Shown here one piece after another: positions 1-14,055 of a DNA stretch of 64,000 nt. Source of the stretch: Protoeuglena noctilucae (Eukaryota); assembly GCA_958009085.1 (NCBI GenBank), contig OY253672.1, positions 1,488,001 to 1,552,000 on the forward strand. The letters run 5' to 3'. Position numbers and translations under genes: made by a program. The notes beneath the pieces are model-generated. The model was not told where the DNA came from and did not search any database. It saw nothing but the letters and a program-made list of their open reading frames with translations. Numbering within the stretch: the stretch's first letter is position 1; each line of letters opens with the position of its first letter.

Positions 1-95
1 GCAGCGTGTGCCGTAGCGGAGTGGTCATAGAAGCAGCCAGCGTGTGCCGGGCTCCAGTGGCTGACTCTACAACACCGCCATCGCACCCCCCGCAG

Positions 96-767
96 GGCAA
101 GGCGGTGGCCAAGGCCACGCTGCAGGCTGAGTGCGGCCTGCCGGTGAACCCCTCCGCGCCGCTGTTTGCCTTCATCGGGCGCCTGGAGGAGCAGAAGGGC
201 GTGGACATCATGCTCAAGGCGATCCCGGGCATCGTGGCGGCGGGCGGGCAGGTGGTGGTGCTGGGGACGGGCAAGAAGGAGTTCGAGGTGGCGGTGAAGG
301 CCCTCGAGAAGTCGAACCCGGGCGCCAAGGGCGTGGTCAAGTTCTCGGCCGCCCTGGCCCACATCATCACGGCCGGCGCCGACTTCATGCTGGTGCCGTC
401 TCGGTTCGAGCCGTGCGGCCTCATTCAGCTGCACGCCATGCAGTACGGCACGGTCCCGGTCGTCGCCTCCACGGGCGGCCTCGTCGACACGGTCAAGGAG
501 GGCGTGACGGGCTTCCACATGGGCGCGATGGACCCCGACACAGTCACGTCGGCCGACGTGGCTGCTGTCACTGCCGCCTGCCGCAAGGCCATCTCCTCCT
601 TCTCCACGCCCGGCCACAAGGCCATGGTGCAGCGCTGCATCTTCCAGGACCTCACCTGGAGGGAGCCGGCTAAGAAGTGGGAGGGTGTGCTGGAGGAGAT
701 CGCCTACTCCGAGTCCCAGGCCGTCAAGAAGGCCCAGGTCGCCACGCCCGTCATGGCCATGGCCTAA
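96..767 (+). CDS. GBSS: Granule-bound starch synthase (GT5), last exon; gene begins upstream of the window
   Basis: Acceptor cgcag at 91-95, branch-like gctgac at 60-65. Exon reads GKAVAKATLQAECGLPV..PLFAFIGRLEEQKG..GADFMLVPSRFEPCGLIQLHAMQYGTVPVVASTGGLVDTV..QDLTWREPAKKWE, the GBSS C-terminal signature; TAA at 765-767. Confidence 0.93.
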   Translation, partial: GKAVAKATLQAECGLPVNPSAPLFAFIGRLEEQKGVDIMLKAIPGIVAAGGQVVVLGTGKKEFEVAVKALEKSNPGAKGVVKFSAALAHIITAGADFMLVPSRFEPCGLIQLHAMQYGTVPVVASTGGLVDTVKEGVTGFHMGAMDPDTVTSADVAAVTAACRKAISSFSTPGHKAMVQRCIFQDLTWREPAKKWEGVLEEIAYSESQAVKKAQVATPVMAMA

Positions 768-1279
768 GCGACTCCCTCTCCCTCGCGTTGCGGGAGGTGG
801 GCCGCGGGGCCCTCGCACGTTGGGTGGGGGTGACTGCGCACCCCACCGGCGCTCGCGTTTTGCTCCGTCAGGACCGGTCTGATGGCCCTGCAGCTGCCCT
901 GGCTCGTTCGCTCGCACCCTGAGATCTAGGTTCCCAGTTTCCCACCTCTTATCCATCCTTCTACAGCCAGCCCATGGGCGCCCCGTCCCCCGGTGTGACC
1001 GCTGGCGTGGTGTGGCTGTTGCTTAGCTCCCCCAGCCCACGGCGCTGGCGAGGGATGGACGCAGGCCTCCTTGCCGGCCGTTGTCTACTCGGTTGAAGTG
1101 AACGTCTCGGACAAACGGCTTGTGATAAGGCTAGCACGTGTCACAACACATGCGGACGTCGCTTGGTTGATGGCGTGACCAACAGGCTGTCAGCTGACAC
1201 ATTCAAGCGTTGCTCGGCCTGTCTGCTTGCTCTGACTGACCGCCTGGGACAACAACGCAGTCGTCGACAAGCGCACGCC

Positions 1280-4200
1280 CTATGCCTTGCCCCTGGGCTG
1301 ACGAGCACTCCCGCTTGCACCGCCGCCCGCCCCCGCGCCCCTCCGACCACTCATGTCGTCAACCCCCCCATCCCCGCTCCCCCGCATCATGTCCCTCGCG
1401 GCGTGCGCCAGTCTCTCCGCCTTGGCAGCCCTCACGTATTTGATGGCTGGGTTCATAGTCCATGATGGCTTGCGCAGTCGCAGCATCGACCCAAACACTA
1501 CCTGGTCTGCCGCGTCTGGGAACCCCGCCTGGTGCGCAAGGCTGCGAGTCACCAAAAGACACTCACTTGCAACAAGTCATGAAGGGTGCACAAAGTGACC
1601 CATGCAGCGACTACACATGCACGGACAGCCCACGACTCTCAGACTCGCAACACAAGGCTGCAGTGGCGATGCGATGCGCAGCACACACAACTCTGCCCAG
1701 CCCAGCGTCGCTCGCCTGACGAGTGCGTCCGCGTACGTCACCACATAATGCTCGAACATCATCTTGGGGAATGGGCGGAGCTTAGAGTAAAAGCTTCGAT
1801 CCACCTTCACCGCCTCCCACCGCCGCTTGTCCCGGCACCGCTCCACCCACCGCCAGTCGGCCTTCGCACGGCCCTCTGGTTTCGCGCCGCGCCCCTGAGG
1901 GCCCCGGCCCCGATCTCCCGGCCCGCGGCCACCCCCCGCCCCCGCCCCCGCCCCCGCACCCGCCGCTGCCGCAGCACCCCCATCGCCGCTCGCCGCCACG
2001 CCCCTCCTGCCGAACCCCAGCATCCACCGTCGCTTTGGCGGATCCTTCACTGTACTCGCTGCATCTTGCGACTGCTGCCCTGCCGCGTTAACACCCTTAG
2101 ATGCCTGGCGTGACGCCTCCCCACCCGCACTACCGCCACTAGCAGCCCCACCGGTCCCTCCCACCCCGCCCTCCTCTCTCCCCGTCTCTGCGTCCGTCCC
2201 ATCGAACCCCGCACTCATCCCTGCATCATTCAAATCCATCTCCAAACTGGATCGATCCCCTCCCAGGCTGCCCCCGCCACCCACCGCCCCTCCCATGCCG
2301 CTCAGCTGCAGCCCGGCCCACCCCTCAGGCGCCGCAGTAGACACAGAGTGCCTCGGCGAGCCACCCTCGTCCGAACCTTCCATTGGCGAGGCGTAGTCGG
2401 CGTGAGTGTCCGGATCGACGTGCATAGGGTGGATGCGCGACGCGGGGCGGCTCAAAGTGGGCTTTACGCGGCGGGCGAGGTAGCGGGAGGTGCGAGGGGC
2501 GAAGCGGGGGGGTCTGCCCTCCTTGGCGTCCTCGTAGTCCCTGCGATGAGGAGAAAGGGGGGCGTTAGTAGACAGTTATGAGCATAAGTGCGGTGGGTGT
2601 GTTGAAGCGCGAAGCATGCAGGGGTGGCAAGGCGCACGGACGAAGAAGAAAAGCGGCGTTTCGGGGCTCATGGCAGCATCTGACATAACCACAACCACAG
2701 CCTTCGCAGTCATCGCATCACCGCATTGGCACCGCATTGGCACCGCATTGGCACCTGTAAGAGTCGATGATGTGTCGGGGCACGAGGTGCCAGATGCAGC
2801 CGGCGGGGTAGTACTGGTACTTCCTGGCCAGATCGTGCTTTGACGCGTGAAGCGCATCGCCCTCTGCCCTGTGGCTGGTCCCGGGATGCGACTCCTCATC
2901 CGATGCACCCCTGGGGTGTGACCGGCTGCCGTGGGTATGGCCCATGGTACTCATGGATCGGTGGCGGTGGTGGTGGCGGTGGCGGTGCGGGGCGTGAGTG
3001 GGCGTGAAGGCGCCGACGGGGTCTGCGGGGGAGAGAGGGATGGCGGGGATGGGCGCGGGTGGCAGGGACGATGGAGCTGGGCAGAGAGCGTGAGGCGAAG
3101 GTGGAACGCAGTGGTACTCAAATGGGTACCCAGTAGTTGGCATGTAAGGCACCATTGTGCCCACTAGATAGCATGGCGTCACATCTGCCATAGCATGACG
3201 CACCCCTGAGGTCGTGGCCCGCGACGGAGAGCCTCCCGAGGCGCGGGGGAGCACGGGCTCTAAGGCCCGAGGGGCGCGCATGTGATGGTGACGGCAACGC
3301 CCCTTCTCTTGAAAGAGACGAGGCCCCTGGATCGCCTCTTGGCAATGATGCCGGCCCTGAGAGGGTGGCAAGGGCGGGGGAGCAGATCACTGCGCTGCTG
3401 CGGCACAGGCGTTGCCTAGCACAGTGCAGTGCAGTGTAGGGCATAGCTAGTCGCCGCAAATGCTCAGGCATTTGCACTGCAGGGCGGGACATGGTTTGGC
3501 CCATCACACCACGCGCGCTGCGTCACATCCCATCGCCATATCGCCACTTGCCTGCCTCGTCCTCCGCGACCCGGTCCCCCGTATCCTCCCTCACGACCCC
3601 ATTCGGCCCCGCTTGGTCACCCCACCCACTCCCTCTCTCGCGCCCTCCACCCTCGCCCTCCCTCTCCCTCTCCCTCTCCCTCTCCCTTTCACTCTCACTC
3701 CCACTCTCACTCTCACTATCGCTGGAAAACGACGACATGGATGACGAAGAAGAGGAGCTCGATCTGCCGAGGAACGCCCGCACCTCCTCGCCCCTCGCGA
3801 TCGCAGCGTCAGTGCCCGTTACTGCACCCGTACCGTAACCCCCCGTACCGTACCCCTCCTCTGCACACCCCTCCTCTGCACCCGTACCCTGCTCCCCCAC
3901 CCCAACGTCCGTCCCTGCCCCCACCTCTGCACCTGTTAAAGTCTCCTGACCCGGTGCATCGCCACCCCTGGTATCGTCAGCCACCCATCCCAGCCGCTCC
4001 CACCCCCCACTCCGCGCCTGCGCTTGCCCCGCGCCCATTGGCGAGCGCTCGCCCACCGCCGCCCCACCCTCGCCACGCCCGCGCCGCCTGCCGCCCTGCG
4101 CGATCGAGATAAGAGAAGAAACGCGTTTGATCGCTATGGAACAACGCCATGTCAACCACTGCATCGTTCACAAGAAGCGGCTTTAGAAGAAGCCCCTCAT

Positions 4201-7200
4201 AACCCCCAGTGCATACACCATGCTTCCCCACCCACACAGTGCATAGGGCATACTACACCCTCCCACAGTGCCTCCCCACCCATATATAGTGCATGGTGCA
4301 CACTACACTCCGCCCTCCCCCTCACCCACGCAATGGATGGTGCTCCCTCCGCCCCCTCCGTCTCGTCTAGCAGCTCTGCGATCATGCCCCCCTGCTCCCA
4401 CTCGCCCCACCCCTCGCTGGCGTCATCGGCCTCGTGGCTCTTGGGAGAAGCGAAACGGTCCAGGGCATCTTCCTCAGAGAGAGGGTTCGCGGTGACTGAA
4501 GGGGGGACAGAGGGGTGGTACGGTGGATGGATTTGAGTGAATGGAGCAAAGGGGTGGTACGGTGGATGGCATACGTTAACAATGCTGCGTTGTGCGAGGA
4601 GCTGTGACGAGCGCAGCCCACCCACTGCCCCTCGCCATCCTCACCCGATGCCCCCGGGGTGCGCGGTTGAGCCCAGCCCTGCAGCAGCTCCGCCAGCTCC
4701 GCCATTGCCTCATGGGCACTCTCCCGGACGAATGGACCGTCACTGGCGGCTGGGGGTGCGACGCTGGCAGCGGGGCCTGCTGGGGAGGGCGAGAAGGGGA
4801 GCGATGTCAGCGAACGAAGGGCCACGGACAGAGTCGGCAACTATCAATGATCGACAACTGACTTCACTCACAAGTACATGCAGGGATGAGGATAACAAGA
4901 CAAGGCAGTTGCGGCGCGTTCGCTCACCATGAACCCTCACCCTCGCAAAAGAGCTACCCAAGCCAACTGCCCAGCAAACAACCAGACTGGTAACAAGAAC
5001 AGGCAGCCACGTGCGTTTTCTCACCGGCACCCTCATCGACACCCTGGCCCTCCCACGATGGGACGCGCCAGGGCGCCCCGCCGTGCCCTGAAAGAGGCGT
5101 CCTGCCACCCATGCCGGGACTGCCTGCCCTGGAGGGACCGAGAGACGTGGCCAGCTCTTGTAAGCTCCTCAGCAAGTCGCCCTGGAGGTTGTGGTCGCTG
5201 GGGGCGGGCGACCCACGCTCCGCGGCACGGCCCAGGATCTCTGCAATGGCGATGGCTGAGAGGTAGTGAGGAGCATAGAGAGGACAGGGGGGGTGATGCG
5301 GTGTGAGTGGGATAGAAAAGGCGTGATGCGATGGGGCTGACTCGCTGCTTGCCCCCCTGGGGGGTTGAGCGGGGTTACGCCGCTGCTATGTGCGAGTCCC
5401 ACTGTGGTGTGCGCTACCCTAACTGCCGTCGAAGGCTCACCGAAGAATGCGCCCACGGATGAATTGGCTTTCCTCCTCCTCCAGAGTGCCGATCGCGGGG
5501 CCCTGCCAAACGGCCTCGCGCCGTCACCAACCTGACCGCCACCCACCCCCGCGTCCCCTGTCGGCTTGGCTCCCTCCGCCCCTCCCTCCCCAGCAGCCCC
5601 GGTCTCCAATGTTCCACGAACCTCCGTAACAACCAACCCCTCTGAGCCACCTGTGTAGCTGGCAGCAGAGACTGCTACCCCACCACCCGTCGTCACCCCC
5701 GCATCCCCCACAGCATCCCCCACACCGCCCTTCGCTGCCCCGGGACCCCCCGCAAACGACCGCGCACTGCGGCCAATCGCAGTCACGCCCCGCACCAGCC
5801 GCTCGCTCACAGTCCCCACCCACGCGCTCGTCGCTCCCCGCGCCGCCACCCCCGCGCTGCGCAGCGGCCCCACCGCCCGCGCCACCGTCCCTGGGCGCCC
5901 CGCGGCATTCACATCCCTCGACTCCGATGCCTCCTGTGCCCTCGTCCCACTCTCAGCGCCGCCCTGCCTTGCATCGCCTCCCTGTGACCCTGCCTGTCGC
6001 CTCATGCGCGCAAAGACAGGGTCTAGCACCCACGCTGCACCTGACAGGTACCGCCGCACCCCGACAGCAGGCGGCCTCTCTGCCTCCGTCCCCGATTTGT
6101 GCCCGCCCATTGCGCCACCCACGCTCGCACCACTACCCACACGAACACCGCCGCTCACCGCTCCTGTCGCCCCGCCACCCACGCCTCCGCGCTCCTCATC
6201 ACTCGAATCCCACTCCCCCATGTCCGGGGTTAACCTGCCCTCCGAGCCCTCGTGCGTTCGCCCAGATGCCTCCCGCCCTCGCTCCGTTTGGGTAGTGCCC
6301 AAACTCTCGCCACGATCCCCCATGCAACCCCCACCTCCCTCACTCGTCCCCAACACCTCGCCTATCCCTTGATGCACAATGCCTTGCCCAGCTAGCGCCT
6401 CAGATCGGCCCTCATCCATGGAACCGTCGACACCGACAGACACCGCATGCATGGCTGCCTGGTCACCCACTGTGGGCTCGACCATAGCTGTTGCGCCTGC
6501 CCCAGCCCCTTCCACGACCCCCGCCGCAGTCGACCCTGCCACACCAGCCCCAGCCCCAGCCACAGCAACGACGGGCTCCGTAGCCTCCCCCCCGCCACCC
6601 GCAACCGCGTCGCGCCGGGACCTCCCAAACACGCGCCCGACGTTCCTGACGGCGCGCGCTGTGCCGCCCCCCACGGCCGCCCCGACAGTGGCAGTGAAAC
6701 TTGACACGGCACCCACGGCACCGATGGTTGATGAGACGCTCCTTGACAACGCCCGCAGCCACGGCGACCCGTCTACGTCCTTCTGGAACTCCTCGTGCCA
6801 CGCGCTGGACATGACCTGCAGGGCCATTGGGGAAAGGCGCGTGCTTAATAGTGGGTTGGTGGGACTGACCACACTCGTGGTACACGTACTCAACCGGCCC
6901 CGCCATGCACTGGGCTTCTCGATACAAGCATATCTGGTTTAACAAGCACCGCAACCCTGCCAATTGTCGCCTTCCCTCGCCACACACCCTCACAGACCCT
7001 CGCAGGCCCTCACAGCGCATCCCATGCCACCACGCACCTCTTGTCGCAGCTCCACGACAGATGCGAGGCAGAAGGTGGGGATGATGTCGCTGCCCTGGAC
7101 GACGGTGGTGCAGAAGGACTCGCAGGCCTCTGCCAGTTCGTACGTCATGCAAGCGGGGCACGCGAACGCCACGCACCGGGCGTCCAGGAAGCACACGTAG

Positions 7201-8539
7201 TCCTCGTGGAGGCTCGCGAGGTCCCTGCGAGATGAAAGTCGGATGTCGAGGGCTCAGAATTGTTACATGGACATGCCCGCGAGCGTCTCACAAGAGCCAA
7301 AGGGTGCACGCATGCAGCTGCAGTGGCAGACACGGTCGGGCACACATGTACAGCAGCCAAGGCCACGCACACAGCTGCGGCAGGCAGGGCAGCCAAGGCC
7401 AGGCACACAGAGCTGCAAGCACTCGCCGTAGCATGGAGGTCAGCACCACGGCGGTGCCCGCCCCGAGGGAGTGTCCCACCACACGCAGGGCATACCCGGT
7501 CTCTGTTATTTCCTTGCGCAGCGTCTCCCTGAGTGCCTTTTTCAGGTGCCGGGCGGCCGTGTGGATGCCGTGGTGCACGTAGCCAAACACCGCGTTGCGG
7601 TCCCTGGGGTCGCCCCTGGGAGGCGAGGGCAAAGCATGGGATGAGGGCGGGGAGAGGGGTCACACGGGGGCAGCACATGGATGGCTAAGGGAAGGGAGAT
7701 GGGTTGCCAGGGCAGCGGGTGCGATGATCAGGGGACAAGAGAGGGATGGCGAGTGCAGAGTGAGACCCTCAGCAGGGAGCCATGCTCAGGTTGGCGAGAC
7801 GTGGGCCACACACCTGAGGATCCGTGCCCTGGTGGTCTCCCCCGTCATGCAAGTGAGGGCGTCCTTCATGCTGTAGGTGCCGCGGATGCACACGAGGATG
7901 AGGCGCGTGGAGTGGTCGCGCAGGACGTACAAGACGGGGCGCATAAGGCGCGGGACGGGGCTCTGAACTACCACGTCTTCCGCCGCGATGCCCATGCGTG
8001 CAAAGCTGCGCAGGGTGTCGGCCGCGCGACGCTCGCGCACCGCAATCATCAGGCTCACGAAGCGCAGCAGCAGGGGGATCTGCGGGGGCGGCGCTGGTGT
8101 CGGTCGCCGCGCGCAAGGCCGCATTGCCGAGTTTGCCGAGGTGAGGGGCGAGGGTAGGGCTGCCCGAGTCGCACCAGCTAATCGAGGCGGCCAGATATCC
8201 GCACGCACACCACACCTGCTCTCGAACTTCCTCCGCAGGGATGGGCGTCCCCACTCCGTCGAGGTCCACGGCCGGGTGGCGGTCCCCGTCGCGACGCATC
8301 AGGTATCGCAACCCAACAAGCAAATCCGCGATGCGCCACTGTCCGAAAACGTTCAGGTAGCCCCATTTGAGTGCCTGAAATGCCACGATGAAAGCGCTCC
8401 ACACGCTGTCCGGCGTATCGTTTGAGAACGCAACCCTGCGGCGAGGTGCGCACGCGCCGTGAGGGCGGCCCCGAGTTTCCCTTGTAACGCGGAGGCCTGC
8501 AGCCTCACGTCGTCGGGTTCCAGCCGCTCTCGACACCAT
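1280..8539 (-). CDS. Multi-exon class-3 lipase (DAG-lipase-like alpha/beta hydrolase) with a very long low-complexity insertion; start codon uncertain
   Basis: Exons give VLRDHSTRLILVCIRGT, GYVHHGI, VVGHSLGAGTA (GxSxG), CVAFACPAC..TTVVQGSDIIP, YYPAGCIWHL and MMFEHYVVTYADAL. A GC-AG intron at 1542-1715 joins in phase to a final exon ending at 1280. Confidence 0.8.
3655..3716. repeat. (CTCTCC/CTCTCA)n hexamer microsatellite within the lipase gene
   Basis: Visible tandem ctctcc/ctctca units, read as ER/ES repeats on the minus strand. Confidence 0.8.
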
Positions 8540-8817
8540 CTGGATGCGGGGCGTCCCGCCGCTTCGCCAGCAGACGCCACGACAGCAGCGCGGCCGAGGC
8601 CGCGATGGAACCGGAGATCATCCTGACCTAGCTACGACCCCATCGTGAAATTCACCATCTCGTCGATATTCGATGCATGCGCGGAGGTGCGTGGAGTTTC
8701 GTCTCGCTGAGAAAATTGCCGCAAGAACTGTTCGTCAGGAAGCCCTCCACTTGGCCACGCGACTGCACGCTCCCGGCCTCTGTGTCTGCGCAGCGGTCGC
8801 CAACGTCTCGACCAGCG

Positions 8818-10143
8818 ATGGCGACCAGCTTGGTTCGATTGCAACGTTGCTTTCCCGCCGCCAGGACTCGGCTCGCGTCCGTCGCACGGCATATGAGCGC
8901 GAGTGCGCCGCCTTCTGCAGGCGCAGTAGGTCCTGACAGCGTCATGGAGGCACCTCTAAAGGTAGGGGTAGCTCGGGCGATGCAGTTTCCCCTCCTGGCT
9001 TCTGCGAAAGTCGCCAAGTGGCCAGCAATGCGCTCTTGGCGGACCCCGTGATCCGCAGTGCGCCGAGGACTCCTACAACGGCGTGCTCGTCGACGAGGGG
9101 GCGCTGCCGTCCTCGCCCGGCGAGTTCCACGGCCTGCTGCGCGCGTCGATCGACGCGTGGCGTGCCCAGGGCAAGCGGGGCGTGTGGCTGCGCGTCCCCA
9201 CGAGCAAGGCCGCGCTGGCCGGCCCGGCCGCGGAACTGGGCTTCGAGTTCCACAGCGCCTCGCCTGGATGGGTTTTGATGACGCGGTGGCTGCCCTCGGG
9301 CCCCAACACGCTCCCGGCGGGGGCGAGCCACCAGGTGGGCGTGGGGGCCATTGTGGTCAACTCGAAAGGGGAGCTGCTGGTGGTGCAGGAGCGCAACGGG
9401 CCTCTCAAGGGCACGGGCGTGTGGAAGATGCCGACGGGCCTCAGCGACTACGGGGAGGACGTGATGGACACGGCCGTGAGGGAGGTCCACGAGGAGGCGG
9501 GTGAGGGGACTGGTAGGGTGGCTGTTTGCATGAGGAGGCGGGTGTTGCACGGGGGGGCGGGTGAGGGGACTGGTAGCGTGGCCTACGTGCATAGAGTGGC
9601 TGGCCATGACATGGAAGCCCGATCGCACACATCGTCCCCCTCCCCCCGCCCCTGCAGGGATCGACTGCGTGGCGGAGGGCATCATCGCCATTCGGCAGAT
9701 GCACGGCCTCGCCAACGGCAGCAGCGACCTGTTCGTCGTGGTGGGGTGCCGCCCGGTGGATGAGTCGCAGGTCGTGGTGGCACAAGAAGCCGAGCTGGTG
9801 GGGGCCAAGTGGATGCCGCTGGAGGAATACCGCAACATCGAGTTCATGCGGCGCCGGGCACTGTACGCCAAGCTCGTGGACAGGTGACGGTCCCTGTGGT
9901 GTCGGCGATTGGCAGTTTGACAGGCACATGGCCTTCCCAGCAGTGCTACGTCCCAGCAATGCTAACCCATACATCACAAGCACGGGCAGCTAGGTGCGTT
10001 GCAGAGGCGGTTTGGCTGAAGCGAGGCTGAGCTGTTGCCCCTACAGGTGCGTGGCCTGGGCCAAGGGCGAGGTGCCATCCATGAGGGGCGAGAAGCTGGA
10101 CGCCGGATTCAATCGCGGGGCCCAATGGCTCTTCACTGTCTAA
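8818..10143 (+). CDS. Nudix hydrolase (NUDT6 / plant NUDX2-8-like) with organelle-targeting-like N-terminus; 4 exons (8818-8961, 9059-9500, 9658-9883, 10047-10143)
   Basis: EDSYNGV..WRAQGKRGVWL..GFEFHSA..LPAGASHQVGVGA..LLVVQER..WKMPTG, Nudix box GLSDYGEDVMDTAVREVHEEAG; GT-AG introns keep phase. Confidence 0.88.
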
Positions 10144-10314
10144 GTCCACGCGAACACGACCCGAGCCTACCCGTGACATCTCCCGCGTATACTACCCGCC
10201 TCTCCCGGCCATCTTCCGGCCACCCGGCCATCGCTGCCGTTTTCACAAGCAAGGCCGGGCTTTTACCCTATCTGATACCCCGGGGGTCCATGACATGGAC
10301 CCCATTTTGCCGCG

Positions 10315-12269
10315 TCACTTCTTCTTCTCTGCGGACGCCACCGCGCCCAGCAGCTCCTTGAAGATCAGGGTCCCAACTGCCAGGAAGGAAAGCAGCACGG
10401 CGGCTGAGAAAGCGCCCTCCGTGTTGTACTCCTGAAAAGACGGGCAGGGGCGGTTGTCTTGAGCGCACAGAGCCCGGGGGGTGAGATGGAGGCCGCGACA
10501 GTTGGCCCAGGAGCCGTGGGGTGGCTGCCGGGATGATAAATGGTCCGATCGGCCGGATTCATCTAGCACCCATTTTGACCGAAGGCCCTGTGGGTGCCAG
10601 TGCCCCCGGCTTCGAAAGGTGCGGCGCGTAGTCCGTGACATGGCTGCCAGGCGCTCGCCTCACCCCCCTTGTATGCCCTAGGATTTTAATGACATCCAGA
10701 GTCGTCATTGTTTGGGTTAGCGCTCACCTTGTACGCGGACTCGACGTACAGGGTCAGCGTCTGCGTGCGCCCGATGATGTTGCCCGAGATGACCGACACG
10801 GCCCCGAACTCGCCCATGGCGCGGGCGTTGGTGAGGATCACGCCATACAGCAGGCCCCAGCGGATGTTGGGGAGAGTCACGTTCCAGAACACCTGCGCAA
10901 CCACGGGCCGGACGCCGGCCGGTGAGGTGCCCGGTCAAGGGTCAGTTGTCGCACGCGGCCCGAGCGATCAAAGGTTTTGTGCGCTGCGCAAGGCTCGCCT
11001 GCCACTCGTTCGCGCCCAGCGTTCGCGCGGCCTCCTCCTCCGCCTCGTCCAAAGCCTCGAGGATGGGGATGAGCTCCCTGGCGACGTAGGGCAGCGTGAC
11101 GAAGATGGTGGCCAGGGCCATCCCGGGGAACGCAAAGACGACGTTGATGTCCAGCTTCTGAAGCGACGGCGACACAGGGGCAGTCGTTGGACACAGATTG
11201 CCAGTGGGGGGGCGGCCACGGCAGCGATGCTCTCGCAACGTGTGCATGCGCCCCTCGCGGCAGTTGCATGCGCCCCTCACCTCCAGGACTGGCGCGAACC
11301 ACCCGCCCCTGCCGTATAGGAGCACGAGCATGAGGCCGGTGACGACGGGGGAGATGGAGAAGGGGAGGTCGAGGAGAGTGATGAAGAGGCTCTTGCCGGG
11401 GAACTCGTTGCGCGCTACCACAAGCGCTGTGCAGATGCCGAAGACCGTGTTGATCGGCACAGCGACGGCCGCTGCGGGCGAGCGAAGGGCGGCGTCGCAA
11501 TCGCGAGGCTGGGTGGAGGGCGGCGGGGGGCTCTCCTCCCTCTTTGGAACCCAAACCGACGAAGCAGAGAGGCAACTGGCATGCTATCATGCCCTCACCG
11601 AGCGACAGGGTCATCTTGACCGCGTGTTGGAAGTCCTCGTCCGCAAAGGACTCGAGGAAGGGTCCGGGTCCGTTCGCGAAGGCCTGGCAGAACACGTTGA
11701 TGGTGGGGATGATGAGGATGACAAACACGTACGAGAGACCGACCCCGATGAGCAGCTTGTCCGCCAGCGTCTCAGGCTTTTGACCTGCGCGCGGCAGTGG
11801 GAGCGGCGCTCAGCGGCCGTTGCAGCAAACGGCGGCGCCGGGGAGGGGGAGGCGGATGTACGGGCCCATAAAGTTACCACGCGCCACGCGGTGCCGGGAG
11901 AGCAGAAGGATCAGATGCCCTCCCGGGGCGCGCGGCCGTAGGAAGGGCGCCGCGGAGCTTTCTCGCAGAGCTGTCCAAAAGACCGCCAGCCATGGACAAA
12001 GGCTGGCGTTCCCCTTGGCCCTGCTGGATCATCCGATAAGGGCGGCGCAGCTGCCGGCGCTTACCTGAGGAACTCTCGCCTCCCAAGCCCCCGCCGCCCC
12101 CGCCGCCCCTCGCAATCAGTCTCAATTTCCTCCGCCAGGAACTCTGGCCCCGAACCGGCGAGCCCAGAGGGGCCCACGGTCCCCCGTCCAGGCCGCCCCG
12201 CAGCGCAGCCCGCGCCGAGCCGGGAGCAGGTAACGGCCGGCTCTGACGCAGCGCAAGCATGCTCCTCAT
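10315..12269 (-). CDS. cysW: Plastid sulfate ABC transporter permease, CysW-type (SULP2-like), with transit-peptide-like first exon; start approximate
   Basis: [41 protein letters not shown] loop [79 protein letters not shown]; stop at 10315-10317. Confidence 0.9.
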
Positions 12270-12724
12270 CGCTGTCGCAGCGGAGCCGGGCCCCGCCTGC
12301 GCCGCGGGGCACCGCTGCGTCGGCATCGCCCCCCCCCGGCCCATCCCCGGTGGCCGCGGATTGCTGGCCAGCAGGCCTTCGCTTCGGGCAGGGGGCGGCC
12401 GCCCAGGACAGCGTTTGTCTCTAGACGGCCGTGGCCAGGGTGGGACGCCTAGACACGGGAGGGTGGCGCGGGAAAGGCCAGAAAAGCGTGCGGGAGGCGG
12501 CCCGCCCGCCCCCGCGCTGTGCGGCTTGCCGATTGCGGAATAAAGTGACCCCTCGTCGCAACGCCGGTGGCGAAGTCGAGGGAGCGCAGAAGTTGCGTTC
12601 GCGTGTCTTACGCCCGAAACACGATTCGTCCCCGGCGCGCTCGAACCCCCCCGCGCGCCCCTGGCCCATGCCTCTCGGGGATTGAGGAAGGCAATTTCTT
12701 GCCGAGATCTCCACTGGGGGCGCC

Positions 12725-13496
<772 letters not shown>

Positions 13497-14055
13497 TTGC
13501 TGGGCCTACGGCTCGCGGTCCGAGGGACGCGGCAGAGGTTGCACATGCTTGGAGTGGGGAGGCAGGGGCCTTCAGGCGGCGCGCGCTTGGGTGTTGAAGC
13601 GCGTTTCCAACATCACTTGTTCGAAAATCGGCGATCCGTCGCCGCGAGCAGCCCTGGTACGCCTGGGTTAAGTATAGGCCCGTGTGCTGCTGGGATGGCT
13701 GTCCGAGGCCTCGCTCACGAACGGAGCAGTCGCTGGGGGGCTACAGATAGGCTCATGGCGCGCCGAAGGTGCCCAGCACGCGACGTCGGGCCCATGCGCG
13801 CCAAGCGCCAGCCTGGCAGGTTCGCCCGGCTGACGGTACCCAGCGCACTGCTTTTCAGCCGCCCCCGGCACGCCGCTGCTGAGTATTTGCATCGTAGCTT
13901 GCGCACGGATCGTTCGCAGCAAAGTAGCAAGGCGCTCCTGTCAACTCGAGCCGCAGTTGTCCCTTCGTCTTCCAAGCGCTGCCCGGTCGCTCCCGGGGTC
14001 GTCCGGCCGCTGTCGACTTGCGCTCCACGCGCTTGTTCCCAACAGCGGGTGGGGA

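Noticed and set aside
10315..12269. Bacterial-type cysW (and fabH, SixA-like genes) as recent horizontal transfer or contamination
   Set aside because: All have spliceosomal introns, cysW and the SixA-like gene have transit-peptide-like N-termini, and nucleus-encoded plastid homologues are established in green algae.
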